Source: Opitutus sp. GAS368
GTDB taxonomy: Bacteria > Verrucomicrobiota > Verrucomicrobiia > Opitutales > UBA953
DNA: 45,504 bases
Assembly: GCA_945906115.1 (NCBI GenBank)
Contig: CAMDQP010000001.1
Coordinates: 1 to 45,504 of the forward strand
Direction of reading: 5' to 3'
Shown: positions 19,871-30,035 of the stretch, one piece after another
How the letters are laid out: the number at the start of each line of letters is the position of its first letter
Numbering within the stretch: the first letter of the stretch is position 1
Made by a program: the position numbers and the translations under genes
Notes under the pieces: model-generated
Database searches by the model: none
The model's input: only the letters and a program-made list of their open reading frames with translations
What the model was told of the DNA's origin: nothing

Positions 19871-20473
19871 GTGACTCCCTCTTTCGACAAGGTTCGCCAA
19901 CTCCTTAAGATGCTTCCGGGCATGGGGCATCGCTCTGCCGAACGCATCGCCTTGCACCTGCTGGTCGAACGCCCGGGTAAGCTCGCTCCCCTGCTCGAGT
20001 CATTGCAGGCTGCCGCTTCGGCGGTCCGTCGGTGTGCCCGCTGCGGAAGCCTCGCCGAGGTAGAACTCTGCCCGATCTGCCTCGAACCCAAGCGGGAGCC
20101 CGGGTCGATCTGCGTCGTCGAACAAGTACCCGACCTTATGGCCATCGAGCGCTCTGCAGCCTATCGTGGTACCTATCACGTTCTGCATGGTCGCCTGTCT
20201 CCGATCAACGGCGTCGGACCCGACCAGCTTAACCTAGGTAGCTTCGAACAGCGTCTTAAGGACGAACCGATCACAGAGGTCGTCCTGGCTCTGGGCAACG
20301 ACATCGAAGGCGAAGCGACCTGCCACTATATCAGCGAAGCAATCCATGCGGTCCGCCCCACGATCAAGATCTCCCGCATCGGCTTCGGCCTGCCCAGCGG
20401 CAGCGGCCTGACTTTCGCCGATCCGGCCACGCTGCGCAGCGCGCTGGAGGGACGTCGAGATGTCGCCAACTGA
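19871..20473 (+). CDS. recR: Recombination mediator RecR
   Basis: LPGMG.RSAERIA, CxxC...CxxC zinc finger, ICVVE, YHVLHG.LSP, EGEAT, ALEGR. Confidence 0.96.
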   Translation: MTPSFDKVRQLLKMLPGMGHRSAERIALHLLVERPGKLAPLLESLQAAASAVRRCARCGSLAEVELCPICLEPKREPGSICVVEQVPDLMAIERSAAYRGTYHVLHGRLSPINGVGPDQLNLGSFEQRLKDEPITEVVLALGNDIEGEATCHYISEAIHAVRPTIKISRIGFGLPSGSGLTFADPATLRSALEGRRDVAN

Positions 20474-21629
20474 TTCGTCCATCGCTTACCCAGCCGAAGC
20501 GGAGGCCTTCTGGGTCGGCCAAGCCGAACTGGTATCGGAAAAGCTCGGTGATGAAGCCCTCGAGCGCATGACACCCGCCGTGGCGCACCTTTCGGATCTC
20601 TTCACAACCGAGCGTCCCGATAAGAAATTCCCCGACTACTTCGCCGACCCCCGCCTGCTCGCGGCCTATGGCGTGTTCTTCCTGCCCCAGAGCTTCACTC
20701 GCACTTCCATCGCGCTGGCCCAGACCTGTGGACTGCGTGGCTGGAAACCTTCCAGCCAAGTCCCGGCAATCCTCGATCTTGGTTCCGGCCCCGGGTCTTG
20801 CGGTGTGGCGGCGGCCTATCGGCTCCGTCAAACCGGCATCAATAAAATCAGCCTATATGGCGTGGACAAATCGCCGAGCGCCTTGGCTTCGATGGAATCC
20901 TTCGCCCGAGCGACCCTCGGTGCGGACGTCGAAACGAAGACACGCATCGGTGACGCATCCCGACCGGAGACCTGGCCAGAAGGCCCCTTTGACCTCATCG
21001 TTGCCGGCTTCGTGGTAAACGAGATGCCTCAACTCGACCACGCCGCCCTGCTCCGCTGGTTCGGCGAACTCAAGGCCAGGCTCGCCCCAGGCGGACTCAT
21101 CCTGATCCTCGAACCCGCCTTACGGATCACCGCCGAGCGATTGCAGAAACTCAGCGACGACGTAGCGGCTGGAGAAATGAACCGCATTGCGCCCGAACTC
21201 GATGCCCTGCCCGACCCGCAGCTCGGTCCAGGGGAACACTGGAGCCATGAAACGCGTGCTTGGGAAGCTCCGGCCTCAACCGAATTCGTCAACCGCCACC
21301 TCCATCGAGATCTGCGCGAAGTGCGGTTTTCTTTTACCGCTTTCTCGGACGCCCCCCTGACGCCACTTCCGCCCGGATTGAGCCGACTGATATCCGACGT
21401 CCAAATCATCAAGGGCCTCCTTCGTTTCATTACGACCCGCGACGGCGCGATCGAATCGGTCGAAGTCCCCACCCGAGGCCTCTCTAAACATGAGGTCAAA
21501 AAACTCGCGGCGACCTTTGGACGCGGTGATATTGTCCGACATCCTCACCCGGCCTCGTCGAAGTTGCGCTTGGCCAATCATGAGGAATTGAGGGTCTTTT
21601 GGACGCCCGAGACTCCGCAGGAACCATAA
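20460..21629 (+). CDS. Class I SAM-dependent methyltransferase-fold protein, Rsm22/METTL17-like
   Basis: AAYGVFFLP, ILDLGSGPG, GVDKS, FDLIVAGFVVNE, GGLILILEPA, FSF; overlaps recR by 14 nt. Confidence 0.75.
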   Translation: MSPTDSSIAYPAEAEAFWVGQAELVSEKLGDEALERMTPAVAHLSDLFTTERPDKKFPDYFADPRLLAAYGVFFLPQSFTRTSIALAQTCGLRGWKPSSQVPAILDLGSGPGSCGVAAAYRLRQTGINKISLYGVDKSPSALASMESFARATLGADVETKTRIGDASRPETWPEGPFDLIVAGFVVNEMPQLDHAALLRWFGELKARLAPGGLILILEPALRITAERLQKLSDDVAAGEMNRIAPELDALPDPQLGPGEHWSHETRAWEAPASTEFVNRHLHRDLREVRFSFTAFSDAPLTPLPPGLSRLISDVQIIKGLLRFITTRDGAIESVEVPTRGLSKHEVKKLAATFGRGDIVRHPHPASSKLRLANHEELRVFWTPETPQEP

Positions 21630-21639
21630 TGTCACAATC

Positions 21640-21666
21640 TAGGCAGGGCATTTGTTTGCCTGTCTA
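21640..21666 (+). terminator. Imperfect hairpin between the methyltransferase gene and ppk1
   Basis: TAGGCAGGGCA...TGCCTGTCTA pairing with G-U; no clear U-tract. Confidence 0.3.
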
Positions 21667-21724
21667 TACCGACCAGAATTTGCTTCAACCAGTCTTTCTC
21701 ACCTGACACCCTTCCCTTATCTCC

Positions 21725-23764
21725 ATGTTTAATCGCGAACTCAGTTGGCTAAGCTTTGATCGTCGAGTCCTCGAACTCGCCGAAGACGACTCCGTCCCTC
21801 TGCTCGAACGCGTCCGCTTTCTCTCGATTGTCAGTTCGAACCTCGATGAATTCTTTGAAATCCGCGTCGCGGGCATCATGCAGCAGGAAGAGTCCGCCAG
21901 CTATCCGGCGACTAAGGAGTTCCTCGCCTCCGTCCTGCAACGCACCCGAGACTTGGTTCAGGCCCAGCAACTTTGCTGGAGGCAGAAATTGCTGCCCGCA
22001 CTTGCGGCCCACGGCATCGAGGTCCTCGCCCGCGAGCAACTCGGCGACAGCGCCCGGAACGAACTTTCACCGCGCTTTGATCGCGACATCCTGCCCGCGC
22101 TGACCCCGCTGGCCATCGATCCTTCGCACCCCTTCCCCGTCCTGACCAACAAAGGACTCTACCTGCTGGCCCTTCTCCGCGACCCGGCTTCGGGCGAGTT
22201 GCGCCGGGCAGTCGTCCCGGTGCCGCGGATCTTACCGCGTATCCTCGGCCTCGCAGATCGCAAGAGCTTCACCTTCCTCAGCCACGTCATCCAGTTATTC
22301 ATCCACCGACTCTTCCCTGGACTCGAACTCCAGGGCTCCTGGGCCTTCCGCATCACACGCAACAGCGATCTCTACGTCGACGATGAAGAAGAAGCCGTCA
22401 ACCTGCTCGAAGCCATCGAGGACGAGATTCGCAATCTGCGCAAAGGGGCGCCGGTGCGCCTTGAAATCGAAGCCGACGTTCCCGAAGGCGAGATGCAGTG
22501 GCTCCTGAATTCCATCCATCTTACTTCAGACAACGCGTTCCGTATCCCTGGTCCGGTCAACATGCTCCGCCTCGGAAGCCTGATCGACATGGTCGGCCGA
22601 CCCGAACTCCTTTACCCGAGTTTCGTATCGGTGATTCCTCCCGAGTGCTCGGAACCGACCAAGCTCTACGAACGCATCGCCGAGCATGACATCATTCTGC
22701 ACCATCCGTACGAATCCTTCTCTCCGGTCGTCGATTTCATCCGCCAAGCCGCCAAGGATGAGACAGTGGTGGCGATTAAACTGACCCTTTACCGGACCAG
22801 CGGGGACTCGCCCGTGGTCGAAGCACTCAAGGAAGCGGCCCGCAACGGCAAGCAGGTCACCGCGCTGGTCGAACTCCGCGCCCGTTTTGACGAATTGAAC
22901 AACATCGAGTGGGCCCGCCAGCTCGAGGAGGCCGGCGCCCATGTCGTTTACGGCCTCGCTGGCCTCAAAACCCATTGCAAGGCGTGTCTCGTCGTGCGTC
23001 AGGAAAAGGATGGCCTCCGTCGCTATGCCCACCTCGGCACCGGTAATTACAACCCAAAGACCGCCCGTATCTACACCGATTTCTCCCTGCTCACCTGCGA
23101 CGCGGAAATCACGGCCGATGTCGGCCTACTCTTCAACGTCCTGACCGGTAACCTCGCCGGCCCCAAGTTCAAACACCTCCTCATCGCTCCCTTCGACTTG
23201 GCGCGACGCATCGTGGAACTCATCAAGGTCGAGACTGCTAACGCCAAGGCTGGCAAGCCCGCGACGATCTTCGCCAAGGTCAACAGCCTCGTAGACCCTG
23301 AGGTCATCAACGCCCTTTACGAAGCATCCCAGGCGGGCGTCCGCATCGAACTCGTGGTCCGAGGCATCTGCTGCCTCAAGCCCGGCATCACGGGTAAGAG
23401 TGAAAATATCCGCGTCCGCAGCTTTCTCGGTCGCTTCCTTGAACACAGCCGACTGTTCCGCTTCGAGAACGCCGAGGCGCAGCCCATCCTGCTCATGGGC
23501 AGCGCTGACTGGATGCCGCGAAATTTCCAACGCCGCATCGAATGCGTCTTCCCCTTACGTGCCAACCATGTGCGTCGTCGAGTCGAAGAAGAAATCCTCG
23601 CCGTCTACCGCGACCGTCAAGGGGATGCCAAGGCTCTTACCAGCGACGGAGAATACGTCAGCTGCGAGCCCATGGGACGACTCGCACCGGGAGTGCAGGA
23701 TACTTTCCTGCAGCTGGCAGCCATGGCCGCTCAAGCCCGCCTCAGCGAACAGACGGGGAAATAG
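21725..23764 (+). CDS. ppk1: Polyphosphate kinase 1
   Basis: NRELSWLSF, SNLDEFFEIRVAG, HPFP, HHPYESF, TLYRT, ARFDE.NNI, LKTHCK, HLGTGNYN, GRFLEHSR, SADWMPRN. Confidence 0.97.
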   Translation: MFNRELSWLSFDRRVLELAEDDSVPLLERVRFLSIVSSNLDEFFEIRVAGIMQQEESASYPATKEFLASVLQRTRDLVQAQQLCWRQKLLPALAAHGIEVLAREQLGDSARNELSPRFDRDILPALTPLAIDPSHPFPVLTNKGLYLLALLRDPASGELRRAVVPVPRILPRILGLADRKSFTFLSHVIQLFIHRLFPGLELQGSWAFRITRNSDLYVDDEEEAVNLLEAIEDEIRNLRKGAPVRLEIEADVPEGEMQWLLNSIHLTSDNAFRIPGPVNMLRLGSLIDMVGRPELLYPSFVSVIPPECSEPTKLYERIAEHDIILHHPYESFSPVVDFIRQAAKDETVVAIKLTLYRTSGDSPVVEALKEAARNGKQVTALVELRARFDELNNIEWARQLEEAGAHVVYGLAGLKTHCKACLVVRQEKDGLRRYAHLGTGNYNPKTARIYTDFSLLTCDAEITADVGLLFNVLTGNLAGPKFKHLLIAPFDLARRIVELIKVETANAKAGKPATIFAKVNSLVDPEVINALYEASQAGVRIELVVRGICCLKPGITGKSENIRVRSFLGRFLEHSRLFRFENAEAQPILLMGSADWMPRNFQRRIECVFPLRANHVRRRVEEEILAVYRDRQGDAKALTSDGEYVSCEPMGRLAPGVQDTFLQLAAMAAQARLSEQTGK

Positions 23765-24953
23765 AAGGCCCCAAGCAGATTCGTTCGACGGCTGCATTAA
23801 AGCCTTCCGCATCGCCGAGGATCTCGACCTCTAGGCGGACGAACAGCAGCGGAATGGGCGGGCGGAAACGCGCCTGTAGGCGGACCGCGTCCTTTTCCGT
23901 CGTGACGATCATCTCGGCCTTGGCCTGGATGGCTTGATCAAGGACTTCGTCGAGGTCTTCGTCCACGAAAGCGTGGTGGTCGAGGAAGCGACGGTTGGCG
24001 ACAATCTTCGCGCCATGGTTGAGTAAGATTTCCTCGAAACGCTCCGGCGTCGCGATGCCCGAGAAGGCTGCGACTCGGCGGCCTTTGAGGTCCGACATCG
24101 GGAGGCGCTTAGGTCCGTCGACTTCGACGAGTTCGCAAGCACGGTGCGAGCAGGCAATGATCTCGGCCTTGGCATTGTGCCGACGAATGAGGCTGACGAG
24201 AGCCGGATCTGGCGGGCCAACGGACTTGGTCACGAAGACGTAAGAAGCTCGGCTCAGGTTGGAAATCGGCTCACGCAGGACACCGCGAGGAAGCAATGAG
24301 CCGTTACCAAATGGGTCGCGGCTGTCGACGAGGAGCAGATTAATCTGGCCGCGCAGCGGAAGGTACTGGAGGCCGTCGTCGAGCAGGATCGTGTCCACGC
24401 CGAAGCGCCGGAGGGCGAACCGGCCTCCCTCGACTCGGTCGCGGTCGACGATGACGATGACGCCTTCGCCACAGAGATTCTGCGCGAGCATGTAAGGCTC
24501 GTCACCGGCCTCATCCGGGCCGACCAAGACCGACTTGCCGTCGGAAACCACGAGCGGATCGGGGCGACTGCCCTGGGTCAGCCAGCGCCAGAATCGCTTC
24601 AGCATCGAATCGGAAGTTCCTTTATAGCCGCGGGAAAGGATGGCGACTTTACGTCCGCGCGCCGTCAGCACGCGGGCCATCTTGAGTACGATCGGGGTCT
24701 TCCCAGTGCCACCGACAGTGAGATTACCCACGACCACAACCTTGCAACCGAGGGGTGTATCGCGAAAAAGCCGGTTACGATAGAGCCAGAGGCGTAGGCG
24801 GACTAAGACCTCAAAAATCCATGAAAGGACCTTCAGGAAGGCTCCCAGCAAGGCCGCCCCGGGCCCCTTGCGACGCTCGTAGACTACGTCTACGGCATAG
24901 CTAGCCATGACCTCTCCAAGGGAGGAAAAGAACCCTCGGTGCTTCGCGGACAT
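23742..24953 (-). CDS. lpxK: Tetraacyldisaccharide 4'-kinase
   Basis: [54 protein letters not shown]; start ATG 24953. Confidence 0.95.
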   Translation of the reverse strand: MSAKHRGFFSSLGEVMASYAVDVVYERRKGPGAALLGAFLKVLSWIFEVLVRLRLWLYRNRLFRDTPLGCKVVVVGNLTVGGTGKTPIVLKMARVLTARGRKVAILSRGYKGTSDSMLKRFWRWLTQGSRPDPLVVSDGKSVLVGPDEAGDEPYMLAQNLCGEGVIVIVDRDRVEGGRFALRRFGVDTILLDDGLQYLPLRGQINLLLVDSRDPFGNGSLLPRGVLREPISNLSRASYVFVTKSVGPPDPALVSLIRRHNAKAEIIACSHRACELVEVDGPKRLPMSDLKGRRVAAFSGIATPERFEEILLNHGAKIVANRRFLDHHAFVDEDLDEVLDQAIQAKAEMIVTTEKDAVRLQARFRPPIPLLFVRLEVEILGDAEGFNAAVERICLGPSISPSVR

Positions 24954-25019
24954 GGACGAATTGATGCAAAGTTGTTTGACGAAGGCAACCATCCCGATTG
25001 AGAAGGACGACCCAGCGCC

Positions 25020-25421
25020 ATGCTCGTACACCTGTTGCGCACCAAACTTCTCCGAGCCGAGGTCACCGCGGCCCGGCTCGATTACGAGGGCTCCTTGGCC
25101 ATCGATCGCGAGATCATGGCCCTCGTCGGCATGCTCCCTTACGAGAAGATCTTGGTCGGTAACCTGGCTAACGGGGAGCGTTTCGAGACTTACGCCATCC
25201 CTGCCCCCGCGGGGACCCGGGAGATCTGCCTGAATGGCGCCACCGCCCACCTAGGCAAGCCCGGCGACTTACTGGTGGTCATGACCTTCACCCAGATGGA
25301 AGAGTCGGCTGCGTCGAACTGGAAACCCCGGACCGCAACCCTCGCCGAGGGTAACCGTCGCATCGTCCGCCTCGAGAACCCCGAAGTCCCCACCTCCCTC
25401 CTGACCACCTTTCAACGATGA
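25020..25421 (+). CDS. panD: Aspartate 1-decarboxylase proenzyme
   Basis: YEG/S self-cleavage site at G24-S25, [17 protein letters not shown]. Confidence 0.93.
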   Translation: MLVHLLRTKLLRAEVTAARLDYEGSLAIDREIMALVGMLPYEKILVGNLANGERFETYAIPAPAGTREICLNGATAHLGKPGDLLVVMTFTQMEESAASNWKPRTATLAEGNRRIVRLENPEVPTSLLTTFQR

Positions 25422-26497
25422 GCTATCGTCTATATATACCCGGCCCCCTGACCGTCTCCGATTCGATCGTCCAAGCCATGGGCAAACCCATGGTCGGGCA
25501 CCGCTCGGGCGACTTCGTCAAACTGTACAACGACATGCAGCCTCGCTTGCAGGCCATGTTCTATACCCAGGATCCGGTCTATCTCGCCACCAGCTCCGCC
25601 TGGGGTGTGATGGAAGGCGCCCTGCGTAACGTCTGCCGCAAGGGCGTGCTCAATTGCATGAACGGGGCGTTTTCCGATAAGTGGAACGACGTTGCCAAGC
25701 GCTGCGGTAAGTACGCCGAAGCCCTCCAGTTCGACTGGGGTAAGCCCATCGACCCGGAAGCCGTTCGCCGGGCCCTTGCCACCGGCAAGTTCGACTGCAT
25801 CACCTTCATCCACTCCGAGACCTCCACCGGCACCCTCTCGCCGATCACCGATATCATGGCGGTGGTCCGCGAGTTCCCTGACGTAATCTCGATTGCCGAC
25901 ACGGTCAGCTCGTTCTCGACTATCCCAATCAAGAAGGACGAGCTCGGCATCGACATCTTCCTGACTGGCTCGCAGAAGGCTCTGGCCCTGCCCCCGGGCC
26001 TCGCAATCTTCGCCGTCAGCGAACGCGCCCGCGAACGCGCCAAGCAGTCCCCCGATCGCGGCTACTACTTCGACCTCATCGAGTTCCACGATAACCACGT
26101 CAAGGGCATGACCCCTTCGACCCCCTGTATCTCCCTCTTCTACGGCCTCCAGCAGCGCCTCCTCGAAGTCGAAGCCGAAGGCCTCGACAACCGTCACGCC
26201 CGCCACATCCGCCTAAATGAACGCATGCGCGCTTGGGGCCTCGCCAAGGGCTTCTCGCTCCTGCCGGAAATCCAGTTCGGCACCCGCGGTCTCAACTGCT
26301 TCAAGAACGACCGCAACGCCGACCTCGAGCGTCTCAACAAGATTCTCAAATCCCGGCACAAGCTCGTCATCGATGGCGGCTACGGCAAGCTGAAGGGCAA
26401 GACTTTCCGCATCTCCAACATGGGAGACGAGACCGACGCCACGATTGCCTCGCTGATTGCCGCCCTTGACGACTCCTTCGCCGAGCAGGGAATGTAA
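25418..26497 (+). CDS. Class V PLP aminotransferase (alanine/serine-glyoxylate aminotransferase-like)
   Basis: [53 protein letters not shown] overlap with panD. Confidence 0.9.
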   Translation: MSYRLYIPGPLTVSDSIVQAMGKPMVGHRSGDFVKLYNDMQPRLQAMFYTQDPVYLATSSAWGVMEGALRNVCRKGVLNCMNGAFSDKWNDVAKRCGKYAEALQFDWGKPIDPEAVRRALATGKFDCITFIHSETSTGTLSPITDIMAVVREFPDVISIADTVSSFSTIPIKKDELGIDIFLTGSQKALALPPGLAIFAVSERARERAKQSPDRGYYFDLIEFHDNHVKGMTPSTPCISLFYGLQQRLLEVEAEGLDNRHARHIRLNERMRAWGLAKGFSLLPEIQFGTRGLNCFKNDRNADLERLNKILKSRHKLVIDGGYGKLKGKTFRISNMGDETDATIASLIAALDDSFAEQGM

Positions 26498-26528
26498 CCG
26501 AATTTGACCACCGGTTATCATCCCACGT

Positions 26529-29264
26529 ATGCGCAAGAATTCCTCAAAGTCCTCCTCCGAAGTCGCTCCCGCTGGTTCCAAGATCCTCGTCATCGCCGAG
26601 AAACCCTCGGTAGCGACGGATCTGGCTAAGGTCCTCAAGGTACCCAAGGCCACCAGCGATTACTTCGAGAACGAGAAGTGGGTGATCAGTTCTTCCATCG
26701 GCCACGTGGTACGCCTCGTGGATCCGGATGACATCGATCCGAAATTCAAGCGCTGGACCCTCAAGGATCTCCCGATTGATCCGGTCAAGTTCGACGGCAC
26801 CGCCAGCCCCGACATCCTCAAGGCCGTCATCAGCGAGCGTAACAACGGAGACCGCTATAAACTGCTGAAGAAGCTCCTGAACCGCCCGGACGTCGGCACA
26901 GTCGTTAACGCCTGCGATGCCGGCCGCGAAGGTGAACTCATCTTCCACTACGTCTACCAGCTCGCGAAGTGCAAACTACCCTGCCAGCGCCTCTGGCTGG
27001 CGAGCATGACGAACACGGCCATCGCCGAAGCCTTCGACCACCTTCTCCCCGCGGAAGCCAAGCAGGGCCTGCTCGACGCCGCCATCTGCCGCTCCCAGGC
27101 CGACTGGCTGGTCGGCATGACCGCGAGCCGGTTCTCGACCATCGTCATTGGTGGCGCGAAACGAGAAGTCTTCTCCGTCGGTCGCGTCCAGACTCCTACG
27201 CTCATGCTCATCGTGAAGCGCGAGCTCGAAATCCGTAGTTTCGTCCCCAAGACCTTCTGGAAGATCGAGGGCGACTTCGGCCTCTCCAACGGTGGTTACC
27301 GCGGCGCCGCCCAGGTGCCCGGCGTCACTGACCGCAAGGAAGCCGAACGTTTCTACGACGAAGCGCAGGCCCGCAAAGTGGCCGAAGCTTCGATCAAGAT
27401 CGGCACCGGTATCGTCACCGACGAGCGCAAGCCGAAGAAGGAAAGTGCCCCGCGCCTCTTCGATCTCACGACCCTCCAGCGGGAAGGTAATCGACGCTTC
27501 GGGTTCTCGGCCAAGACCACCCTCGGCGTCGCCCAAGCCCTGTACGAAAAGCACAAGGCGCTCACCTACCCTCGAACCGATTCCCAGTACCTGCCCGAGG
27601 ATTATCTTCCGAACGCCAAGGCGGCCCTCCAGTCGCTCGAAGGCGCCCACCCTGCTGGCGTCTTTGCAAAGGAAGCGCTCCGTAGCGGCTGGGTTGATTC
27701 CGCTGGTCGCCGCGTCTTCGACAACAAGAAGGTCAGTGACCACTTTGCCATCATCCCGACCGGCACCGTCCCTCGCGGCCTGACTGACGTCGAGCAGAAG
27801 ATTTACGACCTCGTCGTCCGTCGCTTCGTCGCCGTCTTCTTCCCGATGGCCGAATTCGAGGAGACCGTCCGTACGACCCTCGTCGGTGAACATAATTTCC
27901 GCACGACTGGTAAAGTTCTCGTCGTCGCCGGATGGCGCGCTGTCTGGGGCCAGGAAGCGGAAGCCGAAGAAGACAAGGACAAGGAAGGCTCCGCCAGTTT
28001 GCCCGCCCTCGCCCCCGCCGACGGCTCACCCGCCAAGGCCAAGGTCAACGGCGTCGACGTCAAGGAAGACGCCACCAAGCCACCCGCCCGCTACAACGAA
28101 GCCTCGCTCCTCGGCGCGATGGAAAACGCCGGGAAGCTGGTCGACGACGAAGCCTTGGCCGAAGCAATGAAGGAACGTGGTCTCGGCACGCCCGCCACCC
28201 GCGCCGCGACGATTGAAGAACTTCTCGCGAAGACCTATATCGAGCGTCAGGGCAAAGAGCTCGTCCCCCTCGCCAAGGCCTTCCAGCTCCACCAGTTCCT
28301 GCACGCCAAGGAAATGGGCGTTTTCACGGAGCCCCAGATGACTGGCGAATGGGAATATAAGCTCAAGCAGATCGAGCACGGCAAGATGGGGCCGCGCGAG
28401 TTCATGAAGGAGATCAAGGCCCTCCTTGAGATTATCGTGAAGAAAGGCGCCGTGAAACCGCCTTCGCTCGAACTGGCCCCGCAGGTTCTCTCCCCGACCG
28501 ACGGCAAGCCGCTGCAGACCGACGGCGAGAAATACTTCTCCCAGGACACGGTCGGCACGACCGATCGCCCGAAGCTGACGATCTACGTCGGTATGAACGG
28601 ACACACGATCACCCCGGTCGAAGTCGCTGAATTAATCGAGAAGCGGCGCATCGGACCGTTCTCCGACTTCCGCTCGATGAAGTCGGGCAAGAACTTCACG
28701 GGCTACATCGACCTCGTCGACCCGGACACGATCAAGCCTCGCGGCACCGAGGAAAAGACCGAGACCCCGGCCACTCCGGCCGCGGAAGGCGAAGCAGCCG
28801 CCCCGGTCAAGGCCCCGCGCAAGACCAAGCCTAAGGCCCCGAGCGGCAAGCTTAAGGCCGTGCTTTATTTCCCTCCTCGCGAAGGTGCCGACGGCAACCC
28901 GGACGCTTTCGACGTCGAATGGCCCGTCCTCGGTCCCTGCCCCGTCAGCGGCCTAGACGTCCAGCACACGCCGACCGCAGGCTACCGCGTCTGTCCGCAC
29001 AAGGCCCAGGAAGCCGGCGCGAAGAAGACCTTCAGCCTCAACTCCGAGATGCTCAAGTCGCCGATCTCCGCCGACGACGTCCGTAGACTCCTCAACGAAG
29101 GTAAGACCGGGATCAAGAAGTTCGTCTCCAATCGTACCAAGCGCACCTTCGAAGCCTTCCTTATCGCCGACAAGCAGAAGGGCTGGTGGTTCGAATTCCC
29201 TCCGCGTAAGCCTCGTGCCCCCAAGGGTGCGCCTGCGGAGAAGAAGTCAGACGAGCCGTTCTAA
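26529..29264 (+). CDS. topB: Type IA DNA topoisomerase, topoisomerase III type with long C-terminal extension
   Basis: IAEKPSVA, NACDAGREGELIF, RSQADWLVG, GRVQTPTL, LYE.HK.LTYPRTDS (catalytic Tyr), DHFAIIPT, GLGTPATRA. Confidence 0.88.
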   Translation: MRKNSSKSSSEVAPAGSKILVIAEKPSVATDLAKVLKVPKATSDYFENEKWVISSSIGHVVRLVDPDDIDPKFKRWTLKDLPIDPVKFDGTASPDILKAVISERNNGDRYKLLKKLLNRPDVGTVVNACDAGREGELIFHYVYQLAKCKLPCQRLWLASMTNTAIAEAFDHLLPAEAKQGLLDAAICRSQADWLVGMTASRFSTIVIGGAKREVFSVGRVQTPTLMLIVKRELEIRSFVPKTFWKIEGDFGLSNGGYRGAAQVPGVTDRKEAERFYDEAQARKVAEASIKIGTGIVTDERKPKKESAPRLFDLTTLQREGNRRFGFSAKTTLGVAQALYEKHKALTYPRTDSQYLPEDYLPNAKAALQSLEGAHPAGVFAKEALRSGWVDSAGRRVFDNKKVSDHFAIIPTGTVPRGLTDVEQKIYDLVVRRFVAVFFPMAEFEETVRTTLVGEHNFRTTGKVLVVAGWRAVWGQEAEAEEDKDKEGSASLPALAPADGSPAKAKVNGVDVKEDATKPPARYNEASLLGAMENAGKLVDDEALAEAMKERGLGTPATRAATIEELLAKTYIERQGKELVPLAKAFQLHQFLHAKEMGVFTEPQMTGEWEYKLKQIEHGKMGPREFMKEIKALLEIIVKKGAVKPPSLELAPQVLSPTDGKPLQTDGEKYFSQDTVGTTDRPKLTIYVGMNGHTITPVEVAELIEKRRIGPFSDFRSMKSGKNFTGYIDLVDPDTIKPRGTEEKTETPATPAAEGEAAAPVKAPRKTKPKAPSGKLKAVLYFPPREGADGNPDAFDVEWPVLGPCPVSGLDVQHTPTAGYRVCPHKAQEAGAKKTFSLNSEMLKSPISADDVRRLLNEGKTGIKKFVSNRTKRTFEAFLIADKQKGWWFEFPPRKPRAPKGAPAEKKSDEPF

Positions 29265-30035
29265 TCAGCGTTCCCAGACCTGTCGGGGTATCCGCTGAAG
29301 GATGCCGAGGCGCAGCTCGGTCTCCATGATGCGTAGCCTGATCAGGTCTTCCGGAAAACCGTCCTCCTTGGCACGCATGCGCGTCTCCCAGTAGTTCCGG
29401 TACCAACGGTAGGCTTCGGTCTTCCGGCCGGCACCCCAATCGAAGTCCGCGCAAATCCGGGCCGCATACCAAGGAGCGTCCGGCGCCTCCGCGGCCTGCC
29501 GGTAATAATCGGCCGCGAGTCGGAGGTCCTTGAGTTTTCCTTCCGCGAGGAAGCCTGCCGCCAGCAGCAAGGAAGTGCGACTACGGGCATAAGCCATGCC
29601 CTCTTCGAGGACATCCAGTCCCCGGCGTCCATATTGGCGGAAAAGTCGCTCCTGGGTTTCGGCGGGCACCTTGGCATAGCCACCCCGACGACGAATCTCC
29701 CAGTGCGCCATATCTAGGCCGATGCGTAATCCGGTGTTTTCCCAAAAATATCGAGCATGCGGATCAAGGGTGCAGGCCGTCCGCATCAAAGCCTCGCAAC
29801 CGGGACGATCACGGCGCTCCCAGAAGACGTAGCTACGGATCCAAGCGATGTCGGCGACGACCGTCCGCAGACCGCCCAAGACGCCGAGCAGCACGCCTTG
29901 TCCTAGGGTGGGCTCAAGCTCCTTGCGCCCAATTTCGGGAATGCTCGGCCGGATGCGCCGCCATGAGGATTCCGCCAAGGTCCCAGCTCCAAGAATAAGC
30001 ACGCCGACCACGAGCCAAGGGGCGAAACGGCGCAT
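29265..30035 (-). CDS. Membrane-anchored helical-repeat (TPR-like) protein linked to the ABC module
   Basis: N-terminal hydrophobic helix, LGGLRTVVADIAWIR, TLDP, AADYYRQAA; TGATG overlap with the permease. Confidence 0.75.
   Translation of the reverse strand: MRRFAPWLVVGVLILGAGTLAESSWRRIRPSIPEIGRKELEPTLGQGVLLGVLGGLRTVVADIAWIRSYVFWERRDRPGCEALMRTACTLDPHARYFWENTGLRIGLDMAHWEIRRRGGYAKVPAETQERLFRQYGRRGLDVLEEGMAYARSRTSLLLAAGFLAEGKLKDLRLAADYYRQAAEAPDAPWYAARICADFDWGAGRKTEAYRWYRNYWETRMRAKEDGFPEDLIRLRIMETELRLGILQRIPRQVWER

Noticed and set aside
24954..25250. N-terminal extension of lpxK in the ORF track, and similar extensions for mazG, DUF971, metG, hisC and sucA
   Set aside because: They overlap neighbouring genes or promoter regions; several TTG 'starts' in the track coincide with the putative -35 boxes
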